A model generated the notes under the pieces. The model did no database searches and was not told the origin of the DNA. It saw nothing but the letters and a program-made list of their open reading frames with translations. The position numbers and the translations under genes are program-made. Positions 8,027 to 19,774 of a stretch of 64,000 bases of DNA are shown piece by piece (position 1 is the first letter of the stretch; every line of letters begins with the position of its first letter). Source of the DNA: Escherichia coli (GTDB lineage Bacteria; Pseudomonadota; Gammaproteobacteria; Enterobacterales; Enterobacteriaceae); assembly GCF_003790525.1 (NCBI RefSeq), contig NZ_CP033632.1, one strand, 5' to 3'.

Positions 8027-9477
8027 CCGTGGTTCATGATAACTTCTGCTCTTCATCGTGCGGCCGACTGGGCTAAATCTGTGTTCTCTTCGGCGGCGCT
8101 GGGTGATCCTCGCCGTACTGCCCGCTTGGTTAACGTCGCCGCCCAATTGGCAAAATATTCTGGTAAATCAATAACCATCTCATCAGAGGGTAGTGAAGCC
8201 ATGCAGGAAGGCGCTTACCGATTTATCCGCAATCCCAACGTTTCTGCCGAGGCGATCAGAAAGGCTGGCGCCATGCAAACAGTCAAGTTGGCTCAGGAGT
8301 TTCCCGAACTGCTGGCCATTGAGGACACCACCTCTTTGAGTTATCGCCACCAGGTCGCCGAAGAGCTTGGCAAGCTGGGCTCTATTCAGGATAAATCCCG
8401 CGGATGGTGGGTTCACTCCGTTCTCTTGCTCGAGGCCACCACATTCCGCACCGTAGGATTACTGCATCAGGAGTGGTGGATGCGCCCGGATGACCCTGCC
8501 GATGCGGATGAAAAGGAGAGTGGCAAATGGCTGGCAGCGGCCGCAACTAGCCGGTTACGCATGGGCAGCATGATGAGCAACGTGATTGCGGTCTGTGACC
8601 GCGAAGCCGATATTCATGCTTATCTGCAGGACAAACTGGCGCATAACGAGCGCTTCGTGGTGCGCTCCAAGCACCCACGCAAGGACGTAGAGTCTGGGTT
8701 GTATCTGTACGACCATCTGAAGAACCAACCGGAGTTGGGTGGCTATCAGATCAGCATTCCGCAAAAGGGCGTGGTGGATAAACGCGGTAAACGTAAAAAT
8801 CGACCAGCCCGCAAGGCGAGCTTGAGCCTGCGCAGTGGGCGCATCACGCTAAAACAGGGGAATATCACGCTCAACGCGGTGCTGGCCGAGGAGATTAACC
8901 CGCCCAAGGGTGAGACCCCGTTGAAATGGTTGTTGCTGACCAGCGAACCGGTCGAGTCGCTAGCCCAAGCCTTGCGCGTCATCGACATTTATACCCATCG
9001 CTGGCGGATCGAGGAGTTCCATAAGGCATGGAAAACCGGAGCAGGAGCCGAGAGGCAACGCATGGAGGAGCCGGATAATCTGGAGCGGATGGTCTCGATC
9101 CTCTCGTTTGTTGCGGTCAGGCTGTTACAGCTCAGAGAAAGCTTCACGCTGCCGCAAGCACTCAGGGCGCAAGGGCTGCTAAAGGAAGCGGAACACGTAG
9201 AAAGCCAGTCCGCAGAAACGGTGCTGACCCCGGATGAATGTCAGCTACTGGGCTATCTGGACAAGGGAAAACGCAAGCGCAAAGAGAAAGCAGGTAGCTT
9301 GCAGTGGGCTTACATGGCGATAGCTAGACTGGGCGGTTTTATGGACAGCAAGCGAACCGGAATTGCCAGCTGGGGCGCCCTCTGGTAAGCTTGGGAAGCC
9401 CTGCAAAGTAAACTGGATGGCTTTCTTGCCGCCAAGGATCTGATGGCGCAGGGGATCAAGATCTGATCAAGAGACAG
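8027..9477 (+). mobile_element. IS50L: IS50L of Tn5, missing about 90 bp including the outside end
   Basis: Inside end agatctgatcaagagacag at 9459..9477; IS50 homology begins only about 6 bp upstream of the tnp start. Confidence 0.85.
8036..9388 (+). CDS. tnp: IS50L transposase, 450 aa (ochre-truncated relative to the 476-aa IS50R Tnp)
   Basis: Translation MITSALHRAADWAKSVF...; ends at ...GIASWGALW as expected for IS50L. Confidence 0.88.
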   Translation: MITSALHRAADWAKSVFSSAALGDPRRTARLVNVAAQLAKYSGKSITISSEGSEAMQEGAYRFIRNPNVSAEAIRKAGAMQTVKLAQEFPELLAIEDTTSLSYRHQVAEELGKLGSIQDKSRGWWVHSVLLLEATTFRTVGLLHQEWWMRPDDPADADEKESGKWLAAAATSRLRMGSMMSNVIAVCDREADIHAYLQDKLAHNERFVVRSKHPRKDVESGLYLYDHLKNQPELGGYQISIPQKGVVDKRGKRKNRPARKASLSLRSGRITLKQGNITLNAVLAEEINPPKGETPLKWLLLTSEPVESLAQALRVIDIYTHRWRIEEFHKAWKTGAGAERQRMEEPDNLERMVSILSFVAVRLLQLRESFTLPQALRAQGLLKEAEHVESQSAETVLTPDECQLLGYLDKGKRKRKEKAGSLQWAYMAIARLGGFMDSKRTGIASWGALW

Positions 9478-9482
9478 GATGA

Positions 9483-10289
<807 letters not shown>

Positions 10290-10309
10290 GCGGGACTCTG
10301 GGGTTCGAA

Positions 10310-10532
10310 ATGACCGACCAAGCGACGCCCAACCTGCCATCACGAGATTTCGATTCCACCGCCGCCTTCTATGAAAGGTTGGGCTTCGGAATCGTTTTCC
10401 GGGACGCCGGCTGGATGATCCTCCAGCGCGGGGATCTCATGCTGGAGTTCTTCGCCCACCCCGGGCTCGATCCCCTCGCGAGTTGGTTCAGCTGCTGCCT
10501 GAGGCTGGACGACCTCGCGGAGTTCTACCGGC
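10310..10532 (+). pseudogene. ble: Tn5 bleomycin-resistance gene ble, 3' end removed by IS26
   Basis: Translation MTDQATPNLPSRDFDSTAAFYERLGFGIVFRDAGWMILQRGDLMLEFFAHPGLDPLASWFSCCLRLDDLAEFYR matches Ble, then runs into the IS26 IR. Confidence 0.85.
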
Positions 10533-11352
10533 GGCACTGTTGCAAATAGTCGGTGGTGATAAACTTATCATCCCCTTTTGCTGATGGAGCTGCACATGAA
10601 CCCATTCAAAGGCCGGCATTTTCAGCGTGACATCATTCTGTGGGCCGTACGCTGGTACTGCAAATACGGCATCAGTTACCGTGAGCTGCAGGAGATGCTG
10701 GCTGAACGCGGAGTGAATGTCGATCACTCCACGATTTACCGCTGGGTTCAGCGTTATGCGCCTGAAATGGAAAAACGGCTGCGCTGGTACTGGCGTAACC
10801 CTTCCGATCTTTGCCCGTGGCACATGGATGAAACCTACGTGAAGGTCAATGGCCGCTGGGCGTATCTGTACCGGGCCGTCGACAGCCGGGGCCGCACTGT
10901 CGATTTTTATCTCTCCTCCCGTCGTAACAGCAAAGCTGCATACCGGTTTCTGGGTAAAATCCTCAACAACGTGAAGAAGTGGCAGATCCCGCGATTCATC
11001 AACACGGATAAAGCGCCCGCCTATGGTCGCGCGCTTGCTCTGCTCAAACGCGAAGGCCGGTGCCCGTCTGACGTTGAACACCGACAGATTAAGTACCGGA
11101 ACAACGTGATTGAATGCGATCATGGCAAACTGAAACGGATAATCGGCGCCACGCTGGGATTTAAATCCATGAAGACGGCTTACGCCACCATCAAAGGTAT
11201 TGAGGTGATGCGTGCACTACGCAAAGGCCAGGCCTCAGCATTTTATTATGGTGATCCCCTGGGCGAAATGCGCCTGGTAAGCAGAGTTTTTGAAATGTAA
11301 GGCCTTTGAATAAGACAAAAGGCTGCCTCATCGCTAACTTTGCAACAGTGCC
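10533..11352 (+). mobile_element. IS26: IS26 copy 3 (Gly184 allele)
   Basis: 820 bp with terminal IRs. Confidence 0.97.
10578..11300 (+). CDS. tnp26: IS26 transposase Tnp26, Gly184 allele (RIIGATLGF)
   Basis: ORF translation. Confidence 0.95.
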   Translation: MLMELHMNPFKGRHFQRDIILWAVRWYCKYGISYRELQEMLAERGVNVDHSTIYRWVQRYAPEMEKRLRWYWRNPSDLCPWHMDETYVKVNGRWAYLYRAVDSRGRTVDFYLSSRRNSKAAYRFLGKILNNVKKWQIPRFINTDKAPAYGRALALLKREGRCPSDVEHRQIKYRNNVIECDHGKLKRIIGATLGFKSMKTAYATIKGIEVMRALRKGQASAFYYGDPLGEMRLVSRVFEM

Positions 11353-11401
11353 CTCTGCGGTGCTAAAAAGAACAAGATTCACCGCAACCCAGGACACTGC
11401 C

Positions 11402-11881
11402 ATGTTAGATTACCGCTTCCCGACAGCTTTGCAGATGGTTCTCAGCGTAGCAATGGCGGAGCAGATGGGTGAACGTTCGACGAGTGCGATTCTGGCCTAC
11501 GGCCTGGAAGCGAACCCGAGCTTTATCCGTAAACTAATGGTTCCGCTAACTCGTGACGGCATTATCGTCTCCACGCTTGGTCGCAACGGCTCAATTCATC
11601 TTGGCCGTCCGGCGGACAAGATCACCCTGCGTGATATCTATCTTTCGGTTATCGAAGATAAAAAACTGTGGGCGTCGCGTCCTGACGTCCCGGCCCGCTG
11701 CGTGGTCAGCGCCAACGCCTGCTGGTACTTCAAATCGGTTGCCGATGAAGCAGAGCAGGCTTCGTTAAACGTCCTCGCTCGCCATACCGTGGCCAGCGCG
11801 CTGGAGGCGGTCAAAAACGCCGATACCAGCGGCTGCGACCCGGTGCCGGAAATGATCGCCCGCTTTAAAAAAGCGCATTAA
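11402..11881 (+). CDS. oqxR: Rrf2-family repressor OqxR
   Basis: Start taken at MLDYRFPTALQ...; placed next to oqxAB; the track ORF extends into the IS26 end. Confidence 0.7.
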   Translation: MLDYRFPTALQMVLSVAMAEQMGERSTSAILAYGLEANPSFIRKLMVPLTRDGIIVSTLGRNGSIHLGRPADKITLRDIYLSVIEDKKLWASRPDVPARCVVSANACWYFKSVADEAEQASLNVLARHTVASALEAVKNADTSGCDPVPEMIARFKKAH

Positions 11882-11897
11882 TCATTTTCTGGTGACG

Positions 11898-11935
11898 AAA
11901 AAAAACCGCCTTCAAATTGTGAAGGCGGTTTTTTT
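11898..11935. terminator. Bidirectional rho-independent terminator between oqxR and oqxB
   Basis: A-run, stem ccgccttca/tgaaggcgg, T-run. Confidence 0.75.
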
Positions 11936-11950
11936 GTTATCTGCTGCAGG

Positions 11951-14900
11951 CTAGGCGGGCAGATCCTCCTGGACCGGCTTCCTGCGGGTCACCAGTTTCC
12001 GTAGCGTCACGTAAAACACCGGCGTCAGGAACAGACCGAAGAGCGTCACGCCCAGCATCCCGGAGAACACCGTGATCCCGGTGACGCCGCGGACTTCCGC
12101 CCCCGCGCCGTGGCCGAGGATCAGCGGAATGGTCCCGGCGATAAAGGCGATGGAGGTCATCACGATCGGGCGCAGACGCAGGCGGCATGCCTCCAGCGCC
12201 GCTTCCATGATGCCTTTCCCCTGGATCTCCAGCTCGCGGGCAAACTCGACGATCAGAATGGCGTTTTTACAGGCCAGGCCCATCAGGACCACCAGACCCA
12301 CCTGCACGAAGACGTTGTTATCGCCCCCGGTCAGCCAGACGCCAAACAGCGCGGAGAGCATCGTCATCGGTACGATAAGGATCACCGCCAGCGGCAGGGT
12401 CCAGCTTTCATACAGCGCGGCCAGTACGAGGAATGCCAGCAGCACCGCCACCGGGAAGACGATCAGCGCCGTGTTGCCCTGGGTGGCCTGCTGGAAGCTG
12501 AGATCCGTCCACTCAATATTCATCCCATTCGGCAGGATCTGCTTCGACAGCTCTTCCAGATGCGTCATCGCCTGCGAAGAAGAGAGGACCCGCGGATCGG
12601 CATCGCCAATCAGGTCCGCCGCCGGATAACCGTTGTAGCGGATCACCGGATCCGGCCCGTAGGTGGTACTGATATTCACCATACTGCCGATCGGTACCAT
12701 TTCGCCCTGATTATTGCGGGTGCGCAGATTGGCGATATCTTCCACGCTCTCGCGGTATGGTCCGTCAGCCTGGGCCATCACGCGCCAGGTACGCCCGAAC
12801 TGGTTAAAGTCATTGACATAAGACGAGCCGAGATAGGTCTGCAGCGTACCGAACAGATCGGTTAGCGATACCCCCTGCGCTTTCGCCTTATCGCGATCGA
12901 CCTGCACGTCCAGCTGCGGCACGTTAGCCTGGTAAGTCGAGATCGGGAAGTGCATCCCCGGCGTCTGCATAATCGCCCCGGACATCGCATTCACCGCGCT
13001 TTGCAGCGCGCCATAGCCCAGCCCTCCGCGATCCTGGATGTACAGGGAGTAGCCGGAACCCTGACCCAGACCTAAAATCGGCGGCGGCAGGATGGAAAAG
13101 CCAAAGCCCTGCTGGATTTGCGCGATTTTGGCGTTGATCTCCGCGTTAATTTCCGCCGCCGTGTGTTTGCGCTGGTCGAACGGTTTCAGGCCAAAAAAGA
13201 CCGTCCCGGTATTCGGCGTGTTGGTGAACTGCAGCGCGTTAAGCCCCGGGAAAGCGACCGCATAGTCGACCCCTTCGGTATTCATCCCGATCTCGCTCAT
13301 TTTGCGGATCACCGCGTCGGTGCGCGCCAGCGACGACCCTTCCGGCATCTTCACGCCGCCAATGAGATACAGCTTATCCTGGGTGGGAATAAACCCGCCG
13401 GGGACGACTTTAAACATCACCCCAGCGGCGCAGAGCAGCAGCAGGTACACCGCAAACACTGCGCCACGGCGTCCAAGCGTTTTGCCTACCAGTCCCTGAT
13501 AGCCGTTCGAGCTGCGCAGGAAAAAGCGGTTAAACGGACGGAAAATCCAGCCAAACAGGCGATCGATCAGCCGGGTAGGGAGGTCTTTCTTCGCGCCGTG
13601 CGGCTTTAACAGCAGGGCCGCCAGCGCCGGGGAGAGCGTCAGCGAGTTGATGGCCGAGATCACCGTCGAGATGGCGATGGTCACCGCGAACTGTTTGTAG
13701 AACTGGCCGGTGACCCCGGAGAGAAACGCCATCGGCACGAACACCGCACACAGCACCAGCGCAATGGCGATAATCGGCCCGGAGACCTCACGCATCGCCT
13801 GATGCGCCGCGGCAAGCGGCGCAAGCCCCTCTTCGATATTACGCTCGACGTTCTCCACCACCACGATGGCGTCGTCCACCACGATACCGATAGCCAGTAC
13901 CAGCCCGAACAGGCTCAGGGTATTCAGCGAGAAGCCCAGCAGATAGAGAATGCTGAAGGTACCCACCACCGATACCGGCACAGCGATCAACGGGATAATC
14001 GACGCGCGCCAGGTCTGCAGGAACAGGATCACTACCAGCACCACCAGCACTACCGCCTCCAGCAGCGTCTGCACCACCGCGCGGATGGAGTCGCGGACGA
14101 AAACCGTCGGGTCGTACGGCGCCGCCCATTGCATATCTTCCGGGAAGCGGGTGGCCAGCTCGGCCATTTTGGCGCGTACCGCGTTCGACAGATCGATGGC
14201 GTTAGCGCCGGGTGACTGGAAGATACCGATCCCGACCGCATCCTTATTGTTGAGCTGGGAGCGCAGCGCATAGCTACCGGAACCCATCTCGATGCGCGCC
14301 ACGTCGCGCAGGCGGACCAGCGAGCCATCCTGCGCCGTTTTCAGAATGATATTGCCAAACTCTTCTTCGGTATGCAGACGGCCCTGGGCGTTAATGGAGA
14401 TCAGGAAATCGCTCTCCTGCGGCAGCGGCTCGGCGCCAAGCTGTCCGGCAGACACCTGGACGTTTTGCTCCTGCATCGCCGTCACCACATCCGAGGCCGT
14501 CAGACCGCGGGCAGCGACCTTATTGGGATCCAGCCAGACGCGCATCGCATATTCACCGGAGCCAAAAATCTGGATCTGGCCGACGCCGGGCAGGCGCGCC
14601 AGCTCATCCTTCACTTTCAGCGTGGCGTAGTTGCGCATATACAGCGAGTCGTACTTCCCGCCGGGGGAGAACAGATGCACCACCAGGGTCAGCGTCGGAG
14701 ACTGCTTCTGGGTGGTGATCCCCAGACGGCGTACATCCTCCGGCAGACGCGCTTCGGCCTGCGCGACGCGGTTCTGCACCTGAACCTGCGCCTGATCCGG
14801 GTCGGTACCCGGGCGGAAGGTGACGGTGGTGACCAGCACGCCGTCGGAGCCGGCGACCGATTTCATGTACATCATGTTTTCAACGCCGTTGATCGCTTCC

Positions 14901-15103
14901 TCCAGCGGCGTCGCCACGGTCTCGGCAATCACTTTCGGGTTGGCGCCGGGATACTCCGCGCGCACCTGGACGCTCGGCGGGACGACATCCGGATATTCGC
15001 TCACCGGCAGCAGTGGGATAGCGATTAACCCGGTGATAAAAATTAAAATCGACAGCACCGCGGCGAAAATCGGCCTGTCGATAAAAAAGCGGGAAAAGTC
15101 CAT
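11951..15103 (-). CDS. oqxB: RND efflux transporter OqxB, 1050 aa
   Basis: AcrB-like 1050-aa translation; paired with the adaptor gene. Confidence 0.9.
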   Translation of the reverse strand: MDFSRFFIDRPIFAAVLSILIFITGLIAIPLLPVSEYPDVVPPSVQVRAEYPGANPKVIAETVATPLEEAINGVENMMYMKSVAGSDGVLVTTVTFRPGTDPDQAQVQVQNRVAQAEARLPEDVRRLGITTQKQSPTLTLVVHLFSPGGKYDSLYMRNYATLKVKDELARLPGVGQIQIFGSGEYAMRVWLDPNKVAARGLTASDVVTAMQEQNVQVSAGQLGAEPLPQESDFLISINAQGRLHTEEEFGNIILKTAQDGSLVRLRDVARIEMGSGSYALRSQLNNKDAVGIGIFQSPGANAIDLSNAVRAKMAELATRFPEDMQWAAPYDPTVFVRDSIRAVVQTLLEAVVLVVLVVILFLQTWRASIIPLIAVPVSVVGTFSILYLLGFSLNTLSLFGLVLAIGIVVDDAIVVVENVERNIEEGLAPLAAAHQAMREVSGPIIAIALVLCAVFVPMAFLSGVTGQFYKQFAVTIAISTVISAINSLTLSPALAALLLKPHGAKKDLPTRLIDRLFGWIFRPFNRFFLRSSNGYQGLVGKTLGRRGAVFAVYLLLLCAAGVMFKVVPGGFIPTQDKLYLIGGVKMPEGSSLARTDAVIRKMSEIGMNTEGVDYAVAFPGLNALQFTNTPNTGTVFFGLKPFDQRKHTAAEINAEINAKIAQIQQGFGFSILPPPILGLGQGSGYSLYIQDRGGLGYGALQSAVNAMSGAIMQTPGMHFPISTYQANVPQLDVQVDRDKAKAQGVSLTDLFGTLQTYLGSSYVNDFNQFGRTWRVMAQADGPYRESVEDIANLRTRNNQGEMVPIGSMVNISTTYGPDPVIRYNGYPAADLIGDADPRVLSSSQAMTHLEELSKQILPNGMNIEWTDLSFQQATQGNTALIVFPVAVLLAFLVLAALYESWTLPLAVILIVPMTMLSALFGVWLTGGDNNVFVQVGLVVLMGLACKNAILIVEFARELEIQGKGIMEAALEACRLRLRPIVMTSIAFIAGTIPLILGHGAGAEVRGVTGITVFSGMLGVTLFGLFLTPVFYVTLRKLVTRRKPVQEDLPA

Positions 15104-15126
15104 GTCTTGGATTCTCTGATTAGGGA

Positions 15127-16302
15127 TCAGTTAAGGGTGGCGCTGGAGGTCATGGCAACGGTTTTGGCGTTAACCGGCATACCCGGCATAAACACTTTTT
15201 GTAAGCCGTCGACGATGACGCTATCCCCAGGATTCAACCCCTTCTGAACGATGCGTAAACCGTCTGCCAGCCGCCCTGGGGTAATGTCGCGGCGCTGTGC
15301 TTTACCATCTTTATCAACGATATAGACGTATTTACGATCCTGATCGGTCAGTACCGCTTTGTCGTCGATCAGCGTGGCTTTGAACTCTGCGCTGCCCGGC
15401 AGACGCACGCGGGCAAACAGCCCCGGCGTGAACAGACGCTGCGAGTTATCCAGCAGCGCACGCATGCGGATGGTGCCGGTACTCGGCGTTAACTGATTAT
15501 CGAGAAAATCCACTTTGCCCTGGTGGGGGTAACCCTCCTCGCCCACCAGGCCAATCTCCACCGGGAGCGCCTGATTATCGCTGGACGCGCCTTGCCCGCG
15601 GCGGGCGAGGTTTTGATAGTGGAGGTAGGTTGACTCGTCGACGTCAAAGTAGACGTACACCGTCTTTTGCGAGACCAGGGTGGTGAGCACGCTGGCGGTG
15701 TCGCCCGCGGTGACCAGGTTACCGCTGGTGATCAGCGCCCGGCTGGCGCGGCCGTCAATAGGGGCGGTCACTTTGGTGAAGTCGAGGTTAAGCTGCGCGG
15801 CATCCACCGCCGCCTGCGCGGCGCGAATGTCGGCCTGCGCCTGAACCGCGGCTGACCGGCGCTGCTCCCACTCTTCACGGGAGACGAGGTTGGTATGGAC
15901 TAATTTATCGGTGCGGTTCGCCTCGCTTTGCGCGAGGCTGGCCTGCGTTTTGGCTCTTGCCAACGCCGCCTGCGCCTGCTCCAGCGCGGCGCGATAGGTT
16001 CTGTCATCTATCGTGAACAGCACCTGGCCCTTTTTCACCTCCTGGCCGTCAGTGTAATTCACTTTATCAATGTATCCCGAGACGCGAGGGCGAAGCTGAA
16101 CGCTCTCCACCGCTTCAATGCGACCGTTAAAACTATCCCACTGACTGATCGACTTCACCAGCACCTTAGCGGCGCTGACCGTCGGGGCGGGAGGCGCAGC
16201 ATTCTGTGCGACGCTGTCGTCGCAGCCGACGAGCAGAAAGGAGAGCATCATCGCGCCGAGCGCGGTCAGGTGAATGTTTCCCCAGGTTTTTTGCAGGCTC
16301 AT
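15127..16302 (-). CDS. oqxA: RND periplasmic adaptor OqxA, 391 aa
   Basis: Membrane-fusion-protein translation upstream of oqxB. Confidence 0.9.
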   Translation of the reverse strand: MSLQKTWGNIHLTALGAMMLSFLLVGCDDSVAQNAAPPAPTVSAAKVLVKSISQWDSFNGRIEAVESVQLRPRVSGYIDKVNYTDGQEVKKGQVLFTIDDRTYRAALEQAQAALARAKTQASLAQSEANRTDKLVHTNLVSREEWEQRRSAAVQAQADIRAAQAAVDAAQLNLDFTKVTAPIDGRASRALITSGNLVTAGDTASVLTTLVSQKTVYVYFDVDESTYLHYQNLARRGQGASSDNQALPVEIGLVGEEGYPHQGKVDFLDNQLTPSTGTIRMRALLDNSQRLFTPGLFARVRLPGSAEFKATLIDDKAVLTDQDRKYVYIVDKDGKAQRRDITPGRLADGLRIVQKGLNPGDSVIVDGLQKVFMPGMPVNAKTVAMTSSATLN

Positions 16303-16558
16303 TATTTTTATTCCGGTAAATGTAGCCGCCGGGCAAGACGCAGCGTGAGAAGCCGCGCCACTTCCTTTGTCCGGGCTGGCTTAAGGCCATTTGTGTCGAT
16401 CATCGCCACAAAACTGTAACAATTTCGAATACACTATCGCGGCGATTGTAGGAAGGCGCTTAACTAAGTGCAAGAATAATTGTTGCACTTTATGTGCGGT
16501 CCAGGGGGGGGATAAAAAACCGCGATCCCGGCGTGGATTTAAATGTAACAATAAAACT

Positions 16559-17378
16559 GGCACTGTTGCAAATAGTCGGTGGTGATAAACTTATCATCCC
16601 CTTTTGCTGATGGAGCTGCACATGAACCCATTCAAAGGCCGGCATTTTCAGCGTGACATCATTCTGTGGGCCGTACGCTGGTACTGCAAATACGGCATCA
16701 GTTACCGTGAGCTGCAGGAGATGCTGGCTGAACGCGGAGTGAATGTCGATCACTCCACGATTTACCGCTGGGTTCAGCGTTATGCGCCTGAAATGGAAAA
16801 ACGGCTGCGCTGGTACTGGCGTAACCCTTCCGATCTTTGCCCGTGGCACATGGATGAAACCTACGTGAAGGTCAATGGCCGCTGGGCGTATCTGTACCGG
16901 GCCGTCGACAGCCGGGGCCGCACTGTCGATTTTTATCTCTCCTCCCGTCGTAACAGCAAAGCTGCATACCGGTTTCTGGGTAAAATCCTCAACAACGTGA
17001 AGAAGTGGCAGATCCCACGATTCATCAACACGGATAAAGCGCCCGCCTATGGTCGCGCGCTTGCTCTGCTCAAACGCGAAGGCCGGTGCCCGTCTGACGT
17101 TGAACACCGACAGATTAAGTACCGGAACAACGTGATTGAATGCGATCATGGCAAACTGAAACGGATAATCAACGCCACGCTGGGATTTAAATCCATGAAG
17201 ACGGCTTACGCCACCATCAAAGGTATTGAGGTGATGCGTGCACTACGCAAAGGCCAGGCCTCAGCATTTTATTATGGTGATCCCCTGGGCGAAATGCGCC
17301 TGGTAAGCAGAGTTTTTGAAATGTAAGGCCTTTGAATAAGACAAAAGGCTGCCTCATCGCTAACTTTGCAACAGTGCC
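16559..17378 (+). mobile_element. IS26: IS26 copy 4
   Basis: 820 bp with terminal IRs. Confidence 0.97.
16604..17326 (+). CDS. tnp26: IS26 transposase Tnp26, Asn184 allele
   Basis: ORF translation. Confidence 0.95.
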   Translation: MLMELHMNPFKGRHFQRDIILWAVRWYCKYGISYRELQEMLAERGVNVDHSTIYRWVQRYAPEMEKRLRWYWRNPSDLCPWHMDETYVKVNGRWAYLYRAVDSRGRTVDFYLSSRRNSKAAYRFLGKILNNVKKWQIPRFINTDKAPAYGRALALLKREGRCPSDVEHRQIKYRNNVIECDHGKLKRIINATLGFKSMKTAYATIKGIEVMRALRKGQASAFYYGDPLGEMRLVSRVFEM

Positions 17379-19084
17379 ATATGACGATGGCTGCTAAAGA
17401 GCTGCTGGAGTCACAAGGGCTGAAGGTCACGGCGCTGGCCCCCTATGGGACACAGAAAAAAGCGCTTGAAGATGATGGATTACCGGCCCGCACCGTTGCC
17501 GCTTTCCTCAAAGCGAAGGATAAAAAGCTGGATGAAAAATCAGTCGTATTCATTGATGAAGCCGGGGTTATACCCGCCCGACAGATGAAACAGCTGATGG
17601 AGGTAATCGAGAAGCATAACGCTCGCGCGGTATTCCTGGGGGATACGTCACAGACGAAAGCGGTAGAAGCCGGTAAGCCTTTTGAGCAGCTGATTAAAGC
17701 AGGTATGCAGACCAGCTACATGAAAGACATTCAGCGACAGAAGAATGAAGTTTTGCTTGAGGCGGTTAAGTATGCCGCTGAAGGTAATGCCGCGCGCGCC
17801 CTGAAAAATATCACCGGCGTGAACGAACTGAAGGAAGAAGCGCCCCGACTCGCTCAACTTGCCGATCGCTACCTGTCTCTGTCCTCAGAACAACAGGATG
17901 CCACCCTGATAATCTCTGGTACGAACGCCTCACGCAAAACCCTCAATGACTACATCCGGGGCAATCTGGGGCTTGCCGGAACCGGCGAAACGTTCACGCT
18001 ACTTGACCGCGTGGATTCGACACAGGCGGAACGCCGCGACAGCCGTTATTTCAGTAAAGGGCAAATCATTATCCCCGAACAGGATTACAAAAATGGTATG
18101 AAGCGGGGCGAGTCTTACCAGGTTCTTGATACCGGGCCGGGCAACAAATTGACGGTTGAAAGCATCAGCGGTGAGCAGATCGCTTTCAGCCCGCGTACAC
18201 ACACCAAGCTGTCTGTATACCAGGCAGTCAGCGCCGAACTGGCGCCGGGCGATAAGGTTATGGTAACGCGTAACGATAAAACGCTGGACGTTGCCAACGG
18301 CGACCGCTTCACGGTGAAAACCGTGGAGGGTGAAAAACTGACGCTTGAGGACAAAAAAGGGCGCACGGTTGAGCTGGATAAAAAACAGGCTTCTTATCTT
18401 TCCTATGCTTATGCAACCACCGTCCACAAATCCCAGGGGCTTACCTGTGATCGCGTGTTGTTCAACATAGATACCAAATCGCTTACCACTTCTAAGGACG
18501 TTTTTTATGTTGGTATTTCGCGTGCGCGTCATGAGGTGGAAATTTTTACCGACGATAAAAAATCTTTGGCATCGAGCGTGAGCCGCGACAGCCCGAAAAC
18601 CACGGCCGCAGAAATTGACCGTTTCTTTGGACTTGAGGCCAGGTTTAAGGATATTGGCCGCGATACCAGTTTAGAAACCCGATCAGCTGAAAAAGGTCTG
18701 CCAGAAGCCACGGGGGAAAGCATGGCGTTTAACCAGAAACCCGATGAACATAACATGACAACCGGCACTGATTATCAGCCGGTGAGCAACGCAGAGGACG
18801 CCTTTCATCTTAAGCAGAACCCTATGGATGATTCCGTTGGCCTGCGGCGTCATGAAGCACAGCAAAATGATGCAGAGCTGGCCCATGATTATGCTGCTGC
18901 CGACGATCAGCAGTGGAGCGCGCAGGAGTATGCCGATTACGAGCATTATGCCGAAGCATCCGACTACGACTTTGACAGCAGCATTTACGACGATTACGCC
19001 ATGCCGCAGACGTCTCAGGCGGAACAGAGCCATACCGGAAAAGAACACACCCATGAGCATGAAGAAGGGGGCCATGAAATCTGA
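17379..19084 (+). pseudogene. traI: Conjugative relaxase/helicase (TraI-like) C-terminal fragment; 5' part removed by IS26
   Basis: Reading frame starts at the IS26 boundary; helicase-like body with an acidic C-terminal tail. Confidence 0.7.
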
Positions 19085-19710
19085 TGGAGCAGATCGACAA
19101 GCGCAAGCAGGATAAACTGAAGTTCGACCGGGTAATTAATCTGGCGCACAGACTGCCGCAACCGGCGATCCATGACTTACTACGCGCGCTGATACTGCCA
19201 ATTCAGGCCGATTACTTGCTGGCCGTTGGCACGGAGGGCCAGGACGCGCGCCCGGACATGAACGAGCGCGAGTTCTTCTTCACAAAAATCATCTGGGCGA
19301 TGGATTACACGCACATGAAATCACTCAGGCTTGCAGCTGAAGATTTTCCCCTGGCGCTTGCGACGGCCAAGATCCTGCCGTGGCCGTGGGGTGAATCAAG
19401 CTACCGGAGTGCTTTAGCCGATATAGGCAGCGCTAAGGGCAATCCGTGGGTACAGGATATTAACCACCGCGTTACTTTGTGGTTGCCCTGGCGGATAGGC
19501 TTTGTACGAGGAGGGAACCATTCTATTGCCAGCGGCGTTCTGGCCGGTGAGGGTGAGGTAATACCCGATACGGTTTATGATATGCGGTATTTGCTCGATA
19601 TTGTCAGCACTGACGGGTATTACTGGTACATGAGCGGGAAGATCTGCGAGAGAGTCAGTGACTACCGTACAGCCGCCTTTTTTGAAATAGGCCGCCTGCT
19701 TACACTGTGA
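19084..19710 (+). CDS. Hypothetical protein, 208 aa, coupled to the relaxase gene
   Basis: ATGA stop/start overlap with the upstream gene; no recognised domain. Confidence 0.5.
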   Translation: MEQIDKRKQDKLKFDRVINLAHRLPQPAIHDLLRALILPIQADYLLAVGTEGQDARPDMNEREFFFTKIIWAMDYTHMKSLRLAAEDFPLALATAKILPWPWGESSYRSALADIGSAKGNPWVQDINHRVTLWLPWRIGFVRGGNHSIASGVLAGEGEVIPDTVYDMRYLLDIVSTDGYYWYMSGKICERVSDYRTAAFFEIGRLLTL

Positions 19711-19753
19711 TTCCTTCAAAATATCTCAACGAAATTTCCCGACACCTGTTTAA

Positions 19754-19774
19754 GGGGGAACCGCAGAATTCGGA
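19754..19774. repeat. 21-bp remnant of a Tn21/Tn501-family terminal inverted repeat
   Basis: gggggaaccgcagaattcgga matches the first 21 bp of the 38-bp IR; compare the complete IR at 49753..49790. Confidence 0.6.

Noticed and set aside
12072-15119. Multiple 60-250-aa ORFs on the + strand inside oqxB, and on the + strand inside oqxA (15667..16419)
   Set aside because: They overlap a well-supported 1050-aa efflux pump gene and a 391-aa adaptor gene on the other strand, and have repetitive low-complexity translations typical of GC-rich antisense frames.
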